Sequence record: SRR20825019_2768
Strand: one strand, 5' to 3'
DNA: 62,301 nucleotides
Numbering within the stretch: the stretch's first letter is position 1; each line of letters starts with the position of its first letter. Positions 19,803 to 31,766 of the stretch are shown one piece after another. Both the position numbers and the translations under genes were made by a program. Below the pieces are notes generated by a model. The model did not search any database. It was not told where the DNA came from and saw only the letters and a program-made list of their open reading frames with translations.

Positions 19803-20903
19803 ATGAATAGATGGTACTGGGTTGGCGGTGTTGGTGTTGCGGCGCTACTTTTCTATCTGACACGTGGGATATTGCTGCCGTTCCTGGCAGGGTTAGCTAT
19901 TGCCTATTTCCTTGATCCTGTTGCCGACAAGCTTGAGGCTAGAAAAGTGCCACGAAGCTTGGCCGCTGCTATGGTGATCTCACTCTTTTTCTTGCTTATC
20001 ATTGCTATTCTGTTGGCTTTTTGGCCGGTACTTCAATCCCAGATCGTGGCGGCGTCAAACACGCTACCGAAGACTCTTGCCAACATGCGGCCTTGGCTGA
20101 ACGAGATGATGCTGACGCTGTCTGAGCGGTTTGGTTCTGACCTATCAACCGATGTCGATGGCCTTGTTGCTAATTTTTCAGGGGAAATACTGGCGAAGGT
20201 GCGGGATGCTGCGACAAGCGCACTCAAAAGTGGGCTCGCGCTCTTTAATTTGCTGTCGCTTGCCCTTATTTCGCCGGTTGTTGCCTTCTACCTTCTTCGT
20301 GACTGGGACAGGATCGTAGACAAAATTGACGGATGGCTGCCCCCTGCGAGCGGCACAACAGTTCGAGCTCTAGCGACCAAGGTCGACACCGTTCTCGCGG
20401 GCTTTGTCAGAGGCCAACTGCTGGTGAGTACGACCATGGGTGTGTTATACGGTGTTGGCTGGGCGCTGACAGGATTGGATTTTGCCATCGTGCTTGGTGT
20501 ATTGGCGGGTGTGCTTTCTTTCGTTCCCTTTGTCGGAGCCTTGTTTGCGGCCGGTGTTGCTGTTGCCATGGCATTTGGGCAATGGGGTTTTGATCCCCTT
20601 CAGATCGCGCTTGTTGCCGGGGCTTTCCTTGTAGTTCAAACCATAGAAGGCGCGTTTTTGACACCTCGCCTGATTGGCGAGCGAGTTGGTTTGCACCCTG
20701 TGTGGGTACTGTTCGCAGTTTTCGCTGGCGGTGAGGTCATGGGCTTTGTGGGCGTATTGATTGCTGTGCCTGCGGCAGCGGCAATCGCTGTTCTGGTGCG
20801 TTTCTATATCGATCAGTACCTTGACCACTATGACTTGCAGCCAAAAGAGGATGATGTCGAGGTGGAAAAGCTGACGAACGAAGTAACTGCAGAAACGAGT
20901 TAG
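19803..20903 (+). CDS. AI-2E (PerM) family transporter
   Basis: AYFLDP, FYLLRDW, GFVRGQ, LTPRLIGERVGLHPVW; multiple TM segments. Confidence 0.92.
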   Translation: MNRWYWVGGVGVAALLFYLTRGILLPFLAGLAIAYFLDPVADKLEARKVPRSLAAAMVISLFFLLIIAILLAFWPVLQSQIVAASNTLPKTLANMRPWLNEMMLTLSERFGSDLSTDVDGLVANFSGEILAKVRDAATSALKSGLALFNLLSLALISPVVAFYLLRDWDRIVDKIDGWLPPASGTTVRALATKVDTVLAGFVRGQLLVSTTMGVLYGVGWALTGLDFAIVLGVLAGVLSFVPFVGALFAAGVAVAMAFGQWGFDPLQIALVAGAFLVVQTIEGAFLTPRLIGERVGLHPVWVLFAVFAGGEVMGFVGVLIAVPAAAAIAVLVRFYIDQYLDHYDLQPKEDDVEVEKLTNEVTAETS

Positions 20904-21572
20904 ATGGCTGAAAATATTGTTCAAATACCGCTAGATCTTCCGCACAGGCCGAGTTTCGACTTATCCGATTTTATCGTGTCGTCCTCAAATGAAGCCGCGT
21001 TTAATGCACTGGATGCATGGCCTGAATGGCCTCATCACGCAATGGCGCTCATCGGCCCCAGGTCTAGTGGTAAGACGCATCTGGCGACAGCGTGGGCTCG
21101 TAGGGCTGGCGCCATATGTCTGGACGCCTGTACAAAAGTGGAGACGTTGCCAAGTGGCAAGTCGATCCTGGTTGAGGATGCAGACAAGTCTGGACGCGAT
21201 GATGAAAGCCTGTTTCATATTTTCAACTGGACCAAAGAGCAGGGCACCAACTTGCTTGTTACAGCGACATCTGCCCCCAACCGGTGGGACGTTGAACTGC
21301 CTGATCTCAAGTCGCGGCTTGCGACCTTGCCTGTATCTGAGATTGAAGAACCGGATGATCATCTCTTGATGGTTCTGTTGGTAAAATTGTTTTCTGACAG
21401 ACAATTACAGGTCGACCTTTCAGTGATAGATTACATTTTACCCAGGATCGAGAGGTCCTTCAGTACAGCAAAAGCGCTGGTGGAAGAGCTTGACCGGCTT
21501 GCGCTGGCTGAGAAGCGGAAAATAACGCGCGTTCTTGCCAAAACTTGCCTTGAAGGCGGTACGTGGCAATAA
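20904..21572 (+). CDS. hdaA: DnaA regulatory inactivator HdaA
   Basis: QIPLDL clamp-binding motif, GPRSSGKTHL, LFHIFN, DLKSRL, RIERSF. Confidence 0.9.
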   Translation: MAENIVQIPLDLPHRPSFDLSDFIVSSSNEAAFNALDAWPEWPHHAMALIGPRSSGKTHLATAWARRAGAICLDACTKVETLPSGKSILVEDADKSGRDDESLFHIFNWTKEQGTNLLVTATSAPNRWDVELPDLKSRLATLPVSEIEEPDDHLLMVLLVKLFSDRQLQVDLSVIDYILPRIERSFSTAKALVEELDRLALAEKRKITRVLAKTCLEGGTWQ

Positions 21573-21626
21573 TTGTAACAATGTGCGTGTATGGCAACGC
21601 ATTCAACAGAATGCAGGAGTGGTACA

Positions 21627-23846
21627 ATGGCCGACGGTGATCAGAAACAAACAGTGGATACCTCAGGAAACGGGGCCGCACCGGCGTTACCCAGCCGCGA
21701 GGACATTGTAGCCGCTCTGAAAGAAGTTCCGAAGGCAGAGAAGTATCTCAACCGCGAACTCAGCTGGCTCCAGTTCAACATGAGGGTGCTGGAAGAAGCG
21801 GAAAACATGCGCCATCCGTTACTGGAACGCCTGCGCTTTCTCTCCATATCAGGGAACAACCTCGACGAATTCTATATGGTGCGGGTTGCAGGCCTGAGGG
21901 GCCAGAGCGACCTGAAACTGGAAGTTTTCTCAGATGACGGTCTCACCCCGTTCCAGCAATTGCAGCAGGTGAACGATGTTGCAGAGACCCTTATGGCCAA
22001 GCAGCAGAAGGTTTGGGCACAACTCAAGAAAGAAATGCGCAAGGCTGGTATCGCGGTATTGGACGAGGGAAGCCTTGAGGACGCGGACCATGAGTGGATT
22101 GAGAATTACTTCCTGGAGAGCGTGCTGCCCGTTCTGACGCCTATTGCGGTTGACCCTGCGCACCCATTCCCGTTCATTCCCAACCTTGGCCTTACCATGG
22201 CGCTATCGATGGTGCGAAACAGCGATGGCAAAGCCATGGTGGCGCTGCTGCCCGTGCCGCGCCATGTGCAGCGGTTTATTCGCTTGCCGGGGCAGGGTGA
22301 CGTACGTTTTATTCCGCTTGAGCGCATGCTTACCCTTTTCCTTGATCAGCTATTTCCTGGATACCGATGCGAAGGCAGCGGTGTGTTCCGTGTGGTGCGT
22401 GACAGCGATATCGAGATAGAGGAGGAAGCGGAAGATCTGGTGCGCGTATTTGAAAGCGCGCTTAAGCGCCGCCGGCGTGGTCGAGTCATTCGGCTCAAGA
22501 TCGAAACGGCGATGCCGGAGAAGCTGCGCAACCTTGTGATCTCCCGCCTTGATGCGGATACGGAAACTGTTGTACTCGTGGACGGTATTGTTGGCATTGA
22601 TAACACGAGCGAGCTGATCGTCGATGATCTGCCTGACCTCAAATTTGTGCCTTATAACCCACGGTACCCCGAACGTGTACGCGATTCCGGTGGTGATATC
22701 TTTGGCGCGATCGCGGCAAAAGACTTTGTCGTGCACCACCCTTACGAATCCTTTGAGGTTGTACACCATTTCCTGCGGCAAGCGGCGCATGACCCGGACG
22801 TGGTGGCAATCAAACAGACGCTCTACCGCGCGGGCTCCCAATCGCAAATCATCCGTGCGTTGATTGAGGCTGCTGAAGCAGGCAAATCCGTTACGGCAGT
22901 TGTGGAGTTGAAAGCACGGTTTGATGAAGAGCAGAACATCAAATGGGCGCGGGACCTCGAACGCGCCGGTGTGCATGTGGTGTTTGGCTTCATTGACCTG
23001 AAAACGCATGCGAAGGTATCGATGGTCGTGCGCCGGGAAAACGGCAAACTTCGCAGCTACTGCCACTTTGGCACAGGTAACTACCACCCGGTGACCGCCA
23101 GAATTTATACAGATCTCTCGTTCTTTACCGCGGACCCGGCGCTAGCGCGGGATGCAAACCGCATGTTCAACTATCTGACCGGTTACGTTGAGCCCGCAGG
23201 GCTGGAGAAGCTCATTCTTTCCCCGTTTGCGCTACGTGACCAGCTTGTGAGGCATATAGACCGGGAGATCGAAATCGCGCGGTCAGGCGCACCTGCGGCC
23301 ATATGGGTGAAGCTCAATTCACTTTTGGATGCCAAGATCATCGACAAGCTTTATGAAGCTTCCTGTAATGGCGTTCAGATTGATCTGGTTATCCGCGGTA
23401 TCTGCACGCTTAGGCCCGGTATCCCGAACCTGAGCGAGAATATACGTGTGCGGTCCATCGTTGGGCGTTTTCTGGAGCATGCCCGTATATGCTGTTTTGG
23501 TAACGGTCATGGCTTGCCATCCCGGCAGGCCAAGGTATTTATCTCGTCCGCTGACTGGATGCCACGCAACTTTGATCGCCGCGTTGAAACACTGGTTCCG
23601 ATAGAGAATCCAACGGTACATGACCAGATAATGGGACAGGTTATGTCTGCGAACCTGAAGGATAATGCCCAGAGCTGGACAATGAACCCTGACGGCTCGT
23701 TTGACCGTATCGTCGCCAAAGATGATACCAAGGAATTCATTGCGCATCATTATTTCATGACAAACAGTTCCCTTTCTGGCCGAGGTAAGGCATTAGGGGG
23801 CGACCGGAAGATCGAGCCGGTGATCGCGTATGACATCAAGGAATAA
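21627..23846 (+). CDS. ppk1: Polyphosphate kinase 1
   Basis: [54 protein letters not shown]. Confidence 0.97.
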   Translation: MADGDQKQTVDTSGNGAAPALPSREDIVAALKEVPKAEKYLNRELSWLQFNMRVLEEAENMRHPLLERLRFLSISGNNLDEFYMVRVAGLRGQSDLKLEVFSDDGLTPFQQLQQVNDVAETLMAKQQKVWAQLKKEMRKAGIAVLDEGSLEDADHEWIENYFLESVLPVLTPIAVDPAHPFPFIPNLGLTMALSMVRNSDGKAMVALLPVPRHVQRFIRLPGQGDVRFIPLERMLTLFLDQLFPGYRCEGSGVFRVVRDSDIEIEEEAEDLVRVFESALKRRRRGRVIRLKIETAMPEKLRNLVISRLDADTETVVLVDGIVGIDNTSELIVDDLPDLKFVPYNPRYPERVRDSGGDIFGAIAAKDFVVHHPYESFEVVHHFLRQAAHDPDVVAIKQTLYRAGSQSQIIRALIEAAEAGKSVTAVVELKARFDEEQNIKWARDLERAGVHVVFGFIDLKTHAKVSMVVRRENGKLRSYCHFGTGNYHPVTARIYTDLSFFTADPALARDANRMFNYLTGYVEPAGLEKLILSPFALRDQLVRHIDREIEIARSGAPAAIWVKLNSLLDAKIIDKLYEASCNGVQIDLVIRGICTLRPGIPNLSENIRVRSIVGRFLEHARICCFGNGHGLPSRQAKVFISSADWMPRNFDRRVETLVPIENPTVHDQIMGQVMSANLKDNAQSWTMNPDGSFDRIVAKDDTKEFIAHHYFMTNSSLSGRGKALGGDRKIEPVIAYDIKE

Positions 23847-23851
23847 TATGT

Positions 23852-25372
23852 ATGTTTGAGGCCGTTGCGCACGCAGAGCAATATCTTGCAGTTATCGATA
23901 TTGGTTCAAACTCTGTGCGGCTTGTTGTTTTCTCCGGCCAGCGGCGCGTACCAGATACTATTTTCAACGAGAAGATGATGTGTGGCCTGGGCGCTGAACT
24001 CGGCGCTACCGGCAGGATGGGCAGGTCTTCCATCAAGCTCGCAATTTCCACACTCAAGCGCTTTAAAGCGCTATGTGACCAGATGGAGGTCAAGCATATC
24101 CACGCCATCGCAACAGCGGCGGTGCGTGATGCGAAAAATGGTCCTGCATTTGTCCGGCAGGTTAAAAAAGAGTGCGGCATTGATATCTCCGTCATCGAAG
24201 GTGTCGAGGAAGGGCGGCTTTCAGCTTCTGGCGTACTATCCGGCGAACCTGCCGCAACTGGCCTGATGGGTGATTTGGGAGGTGGTTCGCTTGAGCTCGC
24301 GCAGTTAAAAGACGGCCACGTTCTCCACACAGTAAGTTTACCCATTGGCCCGATGCGCCTAATGAGCAAGTTTGGCACAAACCGGCGAGACATCAGGCGT
24401 TTCCTGCGCGAAGAGTTTGCCAAACTTGAATGGTTGGCGGATTGCAGCGGCCAGAACTTGTATCTGGTTGGTGGCGCCTGGCGGAATATCGCCAAACTGA
24501 TGATGCGGGAGAAATCCAACCCTCTTCCCATATTGCACGGTTACCGCACGAGCCGAAGCGAAATGACCGATTATTGCCGCAGGCTCAGCCGTTTGCGCCC
24601 GCAAGATATCCCGTTTGGAAACTCGCTTCCCGAAGCACGGCGTGAGGTGCTGCCGGTAGCGGCTGTTATTCTGTCCGAAGTGATGGCGGCAATACGCGCC
24701 CGGTCCGCGATCGTTTCAACATACGGTTTGCGGGAAGGGTTCATCTTTGATCGCTTGACAGATGACACTCGAAAGATGGATCCGTTTATCTTTACGTGCC
24801 ACGTACTGGCCGCTGAACGGTGTCGTTTTCCTGAACACTCTGACACGATCTACGAGTGGACGAGACCTTTGTTCCAGCGAAAAGTTTCTGACCCGGATCA
24901 TCGGGACAAGCTCCATCACGCAATTTGCCTGCTGGGTGATATCGCGTGGCGCGGTCATCCTGACTTCAGGGCTGAAAAGGCGGTTGAGACCGTGTTGCAT
25001 GGCCACTTTGTTGGGCTGAGCCACCGGGATAGGGCGTATTTGGCTGTTGCTTTAAACCAGGCTTATGGTGCGGCTATTGATGCGTCCCACGTGGCGCACA
25101 TCCTGCCGCTTCTAAAGATCAATGAGCTGATGGAAGCCCGTATGATGGGGGCTTCACTCAGACTCGCGCAGCGGCTTTCAGGAGGTGCTGTCACGGCCCT
25201 TACGGTATCCCGCCTTCGTATCACAAAAGCTAAGCTATTTCTTGGTGTGCCGAGGTCTTATAAGGACCTCACAAACGATGTGGTGCTCAAGCGCCTTACC
25301 CAACTCGCCCAGCTTATGGGCAGACGTCCTGTGATAGAATTCCCGAGAAATATGAATACGATTAAGGCTTAG
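23852..25372 (+). CDS. ppx: Exopolyphosphatase Ppx/GppA family
   Basis: IDIGSNSVRL, ATAAVRDA, DLGGGSLE, GLREG; follows ppk1. Confidence 0.94.
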   Translation: MFEAVAHAEQYLAVIDIGSNSVRLVVFSGQRRVPDTIFNEKMMCGLGAELGATGRMGRSSIKLAISTLKRFKALCDQMEVKHIHAIATAAVRDAKNGPAFVRQVKKECGIDISVIEGVEEGRLSASGVLSGEPAATGLMGDLGGGSLELAQLKDGHVLHTVSLPIGPMRLMSKFGTNRRDIRRFLREEFAKLEWLADCSGQNLYLVGGAWRNIAKLMMREKSNPLPILHGYRTSRSEMTDYCRRLSRLRPQDIPFGNSLPEARREVLPVAAVILSEVMAAIRARSAIVSTYGLREGFIFDRLTDDTRKMDPFIFTCHVLAAERCRFPEHSDTIYEWTRPLFQRKVSDPDHRDKLHHAICLLGDIAWRGHPDFRAEKAVETVLHGHFVGLSHRDRAYLAVALNQAYGAAIDASHVAHILPLLKINELMEARMMGASLRLAQRLSGGAVTALTVSRLRITKAKLFLGVPRSYKDLTNDVVLKRLTQLAQLMGRRPVIEFPRNMNTIKA

Positions 25373-26568
25373 TCTTCCTGCCCGTCATGAGAGCCTTCAT
25401 CCAAGTCTTCATCGTCCGCGAGCAGTTCAACCACATCGATATCGCCGTTGCGCGCAGTTAGGCCAAGGTCGCCTTCCATCAGCTTGACGGCATCAGCCCC
25501 GAAAATCTTATACCGCCAACCATGCATAGCTTTGATGTCCGTGGTTTCCGGTTCCGCTGCCCAGGCTTCTATCTCTTGTGAGCTTGCCACCATACGGGCG
25601 GCGACTTTGGCCTGCTGGCTCTTGATCTTCAAAAGCACCTTCAGAAGATCAGCCATAGGAGGTGTTGCGGGACGTGGTTTTGCGCGTTCGATATGCGGCA
25701 AGTCCTTGTCCGGTATATTCATGCCAGCCTCAAGTGCTTCCAGCATGCTTTTGCCAGCGCGGGAGCGGCTGAAGCCTTTGGGAATGCCGCGGATCCGGTC
25801 AAGTGCGGTCTCATCCCTTGGCGGGTGAGCTGCAATCTCAAACAGTGTTTCATCTTTCGCCACACGGTTGCGGGGCAGGTCGCGTTCTTGCGCCTGACGT
25901 TCCCGCCACGCGGCAAGCTCCTGCAAAAGGCCAAGAAAGCGCGGCTTGTTGGTGCGCACCTTCAGGCGTTGCCAAGCATCTTCCGGCGCGATCCAGTACA
26001 GATTTGTATCGCGCAGCACAGCCATTTCCTCGTCAACCCAGGCCTCACGACCCGTGGCTTGAAGTTCTGCACTCAGGCGGCGATAAATGGTCCGCAAATA
26101 GGTGACATCACCAAGCGCATAGTTGAGCTGAGTGTCAGAAAGCGGGCGCTTCGACCAATCTGTATACCGGGCGGATTTATCAAGTTGCGCTTTCGCGATT
26201 TTGGTCACGAGCGTTTCATAACCCACCGAATCACCAAAGCCGCACACCATGGCCGCAACCTGTGTATCGAACACAGGTTTGGGCAGATCGTTCATCAGGA
26301 GGTAGAAAATCTCCATATCCTGACGGCAGGCGTGTAGGACCTTGAGCACTTTTTCATTGGCAAAAAGGTCAAGAAGTGGCTGTAGGTCAAGGCCTTCAGC
26401 GAGGGGATCAATTGCATGCGCTCCATCATCGTCAGCAACCTGAACAAGGCAAAGCTTGGGATAATAAGTGTTATCCCGCAAAAACTCAGTATCAACCGTA
26501 ATGAATTCCGCTTGTTCCCAGCGTTTGCAAAGTGAAATTAACTCGTTGGTGTCCGTTATCGGCTGCAT
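25369..26568 (-). CDS. rnd: Ribonuclease D
   Basis: VDTEFLR..TYYP, FDTQVAA, TDWSKRPL, YALGDV, HRDC domain; start taken at MQPITDT. Confidence 0.96.
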   Translation of the reverse strand: MQPITDTNELISLCKRWEQAEFITVDTEFLRDNTYYPKLCLVQVADDDGAHAIDPLAEGLDLQPLLDLFANEKVLKVLHACRQDMEIFYLLMNDLPKPVFDTQVAAMVCGFGDSVGYETLVTKIAKAQLDKSARYTDWSKRPLSDTQLNYALGDVTYLRTIYRRLSAELQATGREAWVDEEMAVLRDTNLYWIAPEDAWQRLKVRTNKPRFLGLLQELAAWRERQAQERDLPRNRVAKDETLFEIAAHPPRDETALDRIRGIPKGFSRSRAGKSMLEALEAGMNIPDKDLPHIERAKPRPATPPMADLLKVLLKIKSQQAKVAARMVASSQEIEAWAAEPETTDIKAMHGWRYKIFGADAVKLMEGDLGLTARNGDIDVVELLADDEDLDEGSHDGQED

Positions 26569-26653
26569 GCAAATATCCGTTGTTGTTTGCGGCATCTAAT
26601 ACACAACGTAGAGGCAGCCGTCACCCTTTCTCTACATTCATGTTATCGTGGTC

Positions 26654-26684
26654 TTGACATTCGACCCCATTCATGCGCTTTTCC
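26654..26684 (+). promoter_or_regulatory. Putative sigma70 promoter of aspS
   Basis: Perfect TTGACA at 26654-26659; -10 region is degenerate (GCTTTTCC). Confidence 0.4.
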
Positions 26685-26742
26685 GGGCCAAATTTGTACG
26701 TAATTTTGTACGCTCAAGACACTAAAAAAGACGTAGGATACC

Positions 26743-28527
26743 ATGCACGCATATCGCTCACACACCTGTAACGAGCTTCGCCACAGTAATGTTGGCGATA
26801 CGGTCCGGCTTTCTGGCTGGGTTCACCGCAAACGGGACCATGGCGGTCTGCTTTTCATCGACCTGCGTGACAATTATGGTATCACCCAGCTTGTGTTTGA
26901 TACGGACAGCAAGTGTTTTGGTGAGGCTGAAGCCGTTCGCGCTGAAAGTGTTATCCGCATCGATGGCCGTGTGAAAGCACGCACCGAAGAAACGGTCAAC
27001 AAGGACCTGCCAACAGGTGACGTTGAGATCTATGTGGATGATATGGAAATGTTGTCTGCGGCTGGTGATCTGCCGATGCCTGTGTTTGGCGACACCGAGT
27101 ATCCAGAAGACATTCGTCTCAAGTACCGGTTCCTTGACCTGCGTCGCGAGCGGCTGCATAAAAACATCCTACTGCGCTCGGGTGTGATCAACAGCCTGCG
27201 TCGCCGCATGATCGATCAGAACTTTACCGAGTTCCAGACTCCGATCCTGACAGCGTCTTCGCCTGAGGGGGCACGTGACTTCCTGGTGCCAGCACGTCAG
27301 CATCCCGGCAAATTCTATGCGCTACCGCAAGCGCCACAGCAGTTCAAACAGCTGATCATGGTTTCCGGTTTTGACAGGTATTTCCAGATCGCACCTTGTT
27401 TCCGCGACGAAGATGCGCGTGCCGACCGCAGCCCAGGCGAGTTCTACCAGCTCGACGTTGAAATGAGCTTCGTGACGCAAGACGATGTTTTCAACGCGAT
27501 CGAGCCTGTGCTGGTTGGTGTGTTCAAGGAATTTTCCGACAAGAAAATCACCGAAGCGCCGTTTCCGCGCATCGCTTATAAAGAATCGATGCTCAAGTAC
27601 GGCAACGACAAACCAGACCTTCGGAACCCGATTGAAATTCAGGACGTGACGGAAATCTTCCGTGGCTCTGGTTTTGGTATCTTCGCCGGCATGATCGAGA
27701 ACGGTTCCATTGTCCGCGCTATTCCGGCGCCAGAGGCGGGCCTGAAATCACGCAAGTTCTTTGACGGCATGAATGACTGGGCAAAACGGGAAGGTTTCGC
27801 GGGCCTTGGTTATATCAACATCAAAGAAGGCGTTCCTGGTGGCCCGATTGCCAAGAACCTGGGCGAAGAGCGCACAGCACAGCTTGTTGAACAGCTTGGC
27901 CTGGGCGCTAATGACGGTGTGTTCTTTGCGTGTGACAAAGAAGCAGGGGCCGCCAAGCTTGCGGGCGTTGCGCGTACCAAGGTTGGTGAAGACCTGGAGC
28001 TTATCGCGGATGACGAGTTCAAGTTCTGCTGGATTGTCGATTACCCAATGTTCGAATATAACGAAGACGAAAAACGTATCGACTTCTCTCACAACCCGTT
28101 CTCCATGCCACAAGGCGGCATGGAAGCGCTTGAGAACAGCGATCCGCTTGATGTGCTTGCTTACCAGTATGATATTGTTTGTAACGGCATCGAGCTTTCG
28201 TCTGGCGCTATCCGGAACCACCGGCCAGACATCATGATCAAGGCCTTTGGCCTTGCGGGCTATGATGAAGCAACGGTTGAGGCTGAGTTTGGCGGTATGC
28301 TGAATGCGTTTAAGTATGGCGCCCCTCCACACGGTGGCTTGGCACCGGGTGTTGACCGCATGGTGATGCTGCTGGCTGATGAGCCGAACATCCGCGAGGT
28401 CATCCTGTTCCCGATGAACCAGAAGGCGGAAGACCTGATGATGGGTGCGCCGTGCGAGGTAACGCCGAAGCAGCTTCGAGAGTTGCACATCCGCTGCGTC
28501 GAGCCGGTGAAAAAAGAAACAGAGTAA
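26743..28527 (+). CDS. aspS: Aspartyl-tRNA synthetase, probably non-discriminating (Asp/Asn)
   Basis: [36 protein letters not shown]; His in RDHGG is typical of non-discriminating enzymes. Confidence 0.97.
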   Translation: MHAYRSHTCNELRHSNVGDTVRLSGWVHRKRDHGGLLFIDLRDNYGITQLVFDTDSKCFGEAEAVRAESVIRIDGRVKARTEETVNKDLPTGDVEIYVDDMEMLSAAGDLPMPVFGDTEYPEDIRLKYRFLDLRRERLHKNILLRSGVINSLRRRMIDQNFTEFQTPILTASSPEGARDFLVPARQHPGKFYALPQAPQQFKQLIMVSGFDRYFQIAPCFRDEDARADRSPGEFYQLDVEMSFVTQDDVFNAIEPVLVGVFKEFSDKKITEAPFPRIAYKESMLKYGNDKPDLRNPIEIQDVTEIFRGSGFGIFAGMIENGSIVRAIPAPEAGLKSRKFFDGMNDWAKREGFAGLGYINIKEGVPGGPIAKNLGEERTAQLVEQLGLGANDGVFFACDKEAGAAKLAGVARTKVGEDLELIADDEFKFCWIVDYPMFEYNEDEKRIDFSHNPFSMPQGGMEALENSDPLDVLAYQYDIVCNGIELSSGAIRNHRPDIMIKAFGLAGYDEATVEAEFGGMLNAFKYGAPPHGGLAPGVDRMVMLLADEPNIREVILFPMNQKAEDLMMGAPCEVTPKQLRELHIRCVEPVKKETE

Positions 28528-28535
28528 AACACCAT

Positions 28536-28560
28536 GATGGGGCCCGCGCGGCCCCATCTT
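28536..28560 (+). terminator. GC-rich hairpin after aspS (weak U-tract)
   Basis: GATGGGGCC pairs with GGCCCCATC, then TT. Confidence 0.5.
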
Positions 28561-28621
28561 GCCATTGGGGGCAGGGTAGACTGCCCAGCCCAAAGACCAA
28601 ACCAATAGTGAGACCGTCCGA

Positions 28622-30169
28622 ATGACAGATAAAATCCTCATCCTAGATTTTGGCTCACAAGTAACACAACTGATTGCTCGCCGCGTGCGTGAAGCAGGCG
28701 TTTACTGTGAAATCGTTCCCTTCAATGCTGCAGCAGAGATACTGGGCAGTTTTAACCCAGCTGGTATCATTCTCGGTGGTGGGCCGGCGAGCGTTACGCA
28801 CGCTGATACACCGCGTGCGCCTGACCGTATTTACACCATGGGCATTCCAATCCTTGGCATCTGTTATGGCCAACAAACCATGGTGGCCCAGCTTGGCGGT
28901 AATGTTACATCCTCTGACCATCAGGAGTTTGGTCGGGCGTTTGTAGACGTGAAGAAGCCATGCGCGCTGTTCGATGGTGTCTGGAACATTGGTGACCGTG
29001 AGCAAGTGTGGATGAGCCATGGTGACCATGTGGACGGCCTGCCTAAAGGCTTCGAGGTTGTTGCGACAAGCGAAGGTGCACCATTTGCTGTTGTGGCGGA
29101 TGATGAGCGCCGCTTCTATGGTGTGCAGTTCCACCCGGAAGTGGTGCACACGCCGCACGGCGCGCAGCTTATCCAGAATTTTGTAAAGAATATCTGTGGC
29201 TGTAAAGGCGACTGGACTATGGCCAGTTTCCGGGAAACCAAGATCAAGGAAATTCGCGACCAGGTTGGCGACGGCAAGGTTATCTGTGGTCTATCCGGCG
29301 GTGTGGATAGCTCTGTTGTTGCAGTCCTGATCCATGAAGCAATTGGTGACCAGCTTACCTGCGTTTATGTTGATCATGGTCTTATGCGCCACGGTGAGAG
29401 CGATCAGGTCGTTAGCCTGTTCCGCGAGCACTACAACATCAACCTTGTGCACAGGGATGCGTCTGAGCTGTTCCTTGGTGCGCTTGCGGGCGTATCAGAC
29501 CCTGAAACCAAACGCAAAACCATCGGTAAACTCTTTATCGATGTGTTTGAAGAAGAGGCACGCGCTGTTGGCGGCGCAGACTTCCTCGCTCAGGGCACGC
29601 TCTACCCGGATGTGATCGAGTCAGTTTCGTTCATTGGTGGGCCATCGGTGACCATTAAATCACACCATAATGTGGGTGGCTTGCCAGAGCGCATGAACAT
29701 GGCGCTTGTGGAGCCACTGCGAGAGCTCTTCAAGGATGAAGTGCGTGAGTTAGGCCGTGAACTTGGGCTACATAATGATTTTGTCAGCCGCCACCCGTTC
29801 CCAGGCCCGGGTCTTGCGATCCGTATCCCAGGCGAGATCACGCGCGAAAAAGCCGATATCCTCAGGAAAGCCGATGCCATTTATCTGGAAGAGATCAGAA
29901 ACGCTGGGCTTTACGACACCATCTGGCAGGCTTTTGCTGTTCTGTTGCCGGTTAAAACGGTTGGTGTCATGGGTGACGCCCGCACTTATGACCATGTGTG
30001 TGCGCTGCGGGCTGTTACCTCCACAGATGGCATGACAGCAGACTATTACCCGTTCCCACATGATTTCCTTGGCCGCACGGCAACCCGCATCATCAATGAA
30101 GTACGTGGTATCAACCGCGTGGTCTATGACGTGACGTCCAAACCGCCCGGAACGATTGAGTGGGAATAA
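28622..30169 (+). CDS. guaA: GMP synthase (glutamine-hydrolysing)
   Basis: [40 protein letters not shown]. Confidence 0.98.
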   Translation: MTDKILILDFGSQVTQLIARRVREAGVYCEIVPFNAAAEILGSFNPAGIILGGGPASVTHADTPRAPDRIYTMGIPILGICYGQQTMVAQLGGNVTSSDHQEFGRAFVDVKKPCALFDGVWNIGDREQVWMSHGDHVDGLPKGFEVVATSEGAPFAVVADDERRFYGVQFHPEVVHTPHGAQLIQNFVKNICGCKGDWTMASFRETKIKEIRDQVGDGKVICGLSGGVDSSVVAVLIHEAIGDQLTCVYVDHGLMRHGESDQVVSLFREHYNINLVHRDASELFLGALAGVSDPETKRKTIGKLFIDVFEEEARAVGGADFLAQGTLYPDVIESVSFIGGPSVTIKSHHNVGGLPERMNMALVEPLRELFKDEVRELGRELGLHNDFVSRHPFPGPGLAIRIPGEITREKADILRKADAIYLEEIRNAGLYDTIWQAFAVLLPVKTVGVMGDARTYDHVCALRAVTSTDGMTADYYPFPHDFLGRTATRIINEVRGINRVVYDVTSKPPGTIEWE

Positions 30170-30261
30170 TCCTGCGCAGTAAATGCATAATGTCTTCCAG
30201 CACAGCGCTGAACTTTGGCTGAACGCTATGTAGTTTCTACCACAAATTAGGAGCTTGCCTC

Positions 30262-30723
30262 ATGCGCATGTTATTGCTTTTATCGATAATGTTGATATCA
30301 ACCTTTGTAACCGCGACGGCGCAGGATATAGCTATGTTTACTAAAGAAGAGTTCGCAAAAATCAGGTTTCTGGAGGGCCGCTGGGTAGGCAAGGCCCCGG
30401 ACGGTACTGAGTTCTATGAAGAATATGCCTTTCCTTCGGACGTTGAAATGCAATCTCGAAGGGCCACGGACAGTACATTCGCCAAGTTTTCGGACGGCAG
30501 CGTCGTCGCGCTTGACGATGGTTTAGTCACCTCAACGTGGGGTGAGTTCAACTGGCGGGCCTCCAGTATCACAGCAGACGCGGTGCACTTTGAACCTATT
30601 AATGCACCTAGTTCATTCTCGTGGCGGCGGCTATCTGTAGATGAAATTGCTGTCGTACAGGAGTGGACGGACGAAAATGGTGAAGCACAATCTTATACCG
30701 TGAGCCTGAATAGGGTAAAATGA
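30262..30723 (+). CDS. Secreted hypothetical protein, probable lipocalin-like beta-barrel
   Basis: AGGAG RBS, signal peptide, FLEGRW (GxW) motif, beta-strand pattern. Confidence 0.65.
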   Translation: MRMLLLLSIMLISTFVTATAQDIAMFTKEEFAKIRFLEGRWVGKAPDGTEFYEEYAFPSDVEMQSRRATDSTFAKFSDGSVVALDDGLVTSTWGEFNWRASSITADAVHFEPINAPSSFSWRRLSVDEIAVVQEWTDENGEAQSYTVSLNRVK

Positions 30724-30845
30724 TCGCTGGCTTTCGCTGGACTTTTGATTGTGGAAGCCAATATGTAGGTAAGGTAGGTTAACTTGATACCGTTAGGTAG
30801 GAGACATCCTGCATCCCATAGAATGTTTCCGGAAAGTGATTGTCC

Positions 30846-31697
30846 ATGTCAACAGAACCCAAAGACGTATCCGTAGACGCGCGGCCCAAGCGCCAGCAAA
30901 CCGCCAAGAATATTGCCGGACGCAAAGGTGGCACGCCCGTTGTGTGCCTAACAGCCTATATTACACCAATGGCGGCGCGGCTTGATAAACACTGCGACCT
31001 CCTTCTGGTTGGTGACAGTGTTGGTATGGTGCTCTATGGGCTGGAAAGTACGCTCGCGGTTGATCTGGAAACCATGATTCGTCATGGTCGGGCAGTATGC
31101 CGCGGCGCAAAACAAGCGCTTGTTGTAATCGATATGCCATTCGGCTCCTATGAGGAATCAAAAGAGCAGGCGTTCAGGAATGCCGCTCGCGTTTTATCGG
31201 AAACCGGCGCGGGTGCTGTGAAGCTTGAAGGCGGTGTTGAGATGGCCGAAACGGTTCGTTTCCTCACCCATCGCGGCATTCCGGTGCTTGGTCACGTTGG
31301 TCTCATGCCACAATCTGTGAATACAAATGGTGGATATGGCGCGCGTGGCCGCTCGGTCGACGAATGGCAGCCCATCATTGATGATGCAAAAGCGATTGCA
31401 GAAGCAGGCGCCTTCTCAGTCGTTCTGGAGGGTGTCGCGGAGCCGCTTGCGCGTAAGGTAACTGCAGAAGTTCCCGTGCCTGTGATAGGAATTGGTGCAT
31501 CGAACGCATGTGACGGGCAAATCCTCGTTACTGAGGATATGCTTGGCCTGTTTGCCATTAACCCCAAGTTTGTTAAGCGTTTTGCGGAGATTGGTCACGA
31601 CATTGAAGAAGCCATTGGCTCGTATGCGCGCGAAGTTCGCAGTCGTGCTTTCCCGGGTGAGGAACACACTTACAAGATGCGCGGTGCGAACAGTTAA
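30846..31697 (+). CDS. panB: Ketopantoate hydroxymethyltransferase
   Basis: [44 protein letters not shown]. Confidence 0.97.
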   Translation: MSTEPKDVSVDARPKRQQTAKNIAGRKGGTPVVCLTAYITPMAARLDKHCDLLLVGDSVGMVLYGLESTLAVDLETMIRHGRAVCRGAKQALVVIDMPFGSYEESKEQAFRNAARVLSETGAGAVKLEGGVEMAETVRFLTHRGIPVLGHVGLMPQSVNTNGGYGARGRSVDEWQPIIDDAKAIAEAGAFSVVLEGVAEPLARKVTAEVPVPVIGIGASNACDGQILVTEDMLGLFAINPKFVKRFAEIGHDIEEAIGSYAREVRSRAFPGEEHTYKMRGANS

Positions 31698-31766
31698 CTC
31701 GCTCGCTATGCTTTACGTTTGCCAGATTGGCTTCACTGGGTCCATTTTCGAACAGGTAGTCTATTT

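Noticed and set aside
27748-28641. Long antisense ORFs (297 aa here; also 22350-23087, 23836-24531, 25693-26337, 33940-34629, 59627-60229)
   Set aside because: Shadows of well-conserved genes caused by codon bias; no recognisable motifs
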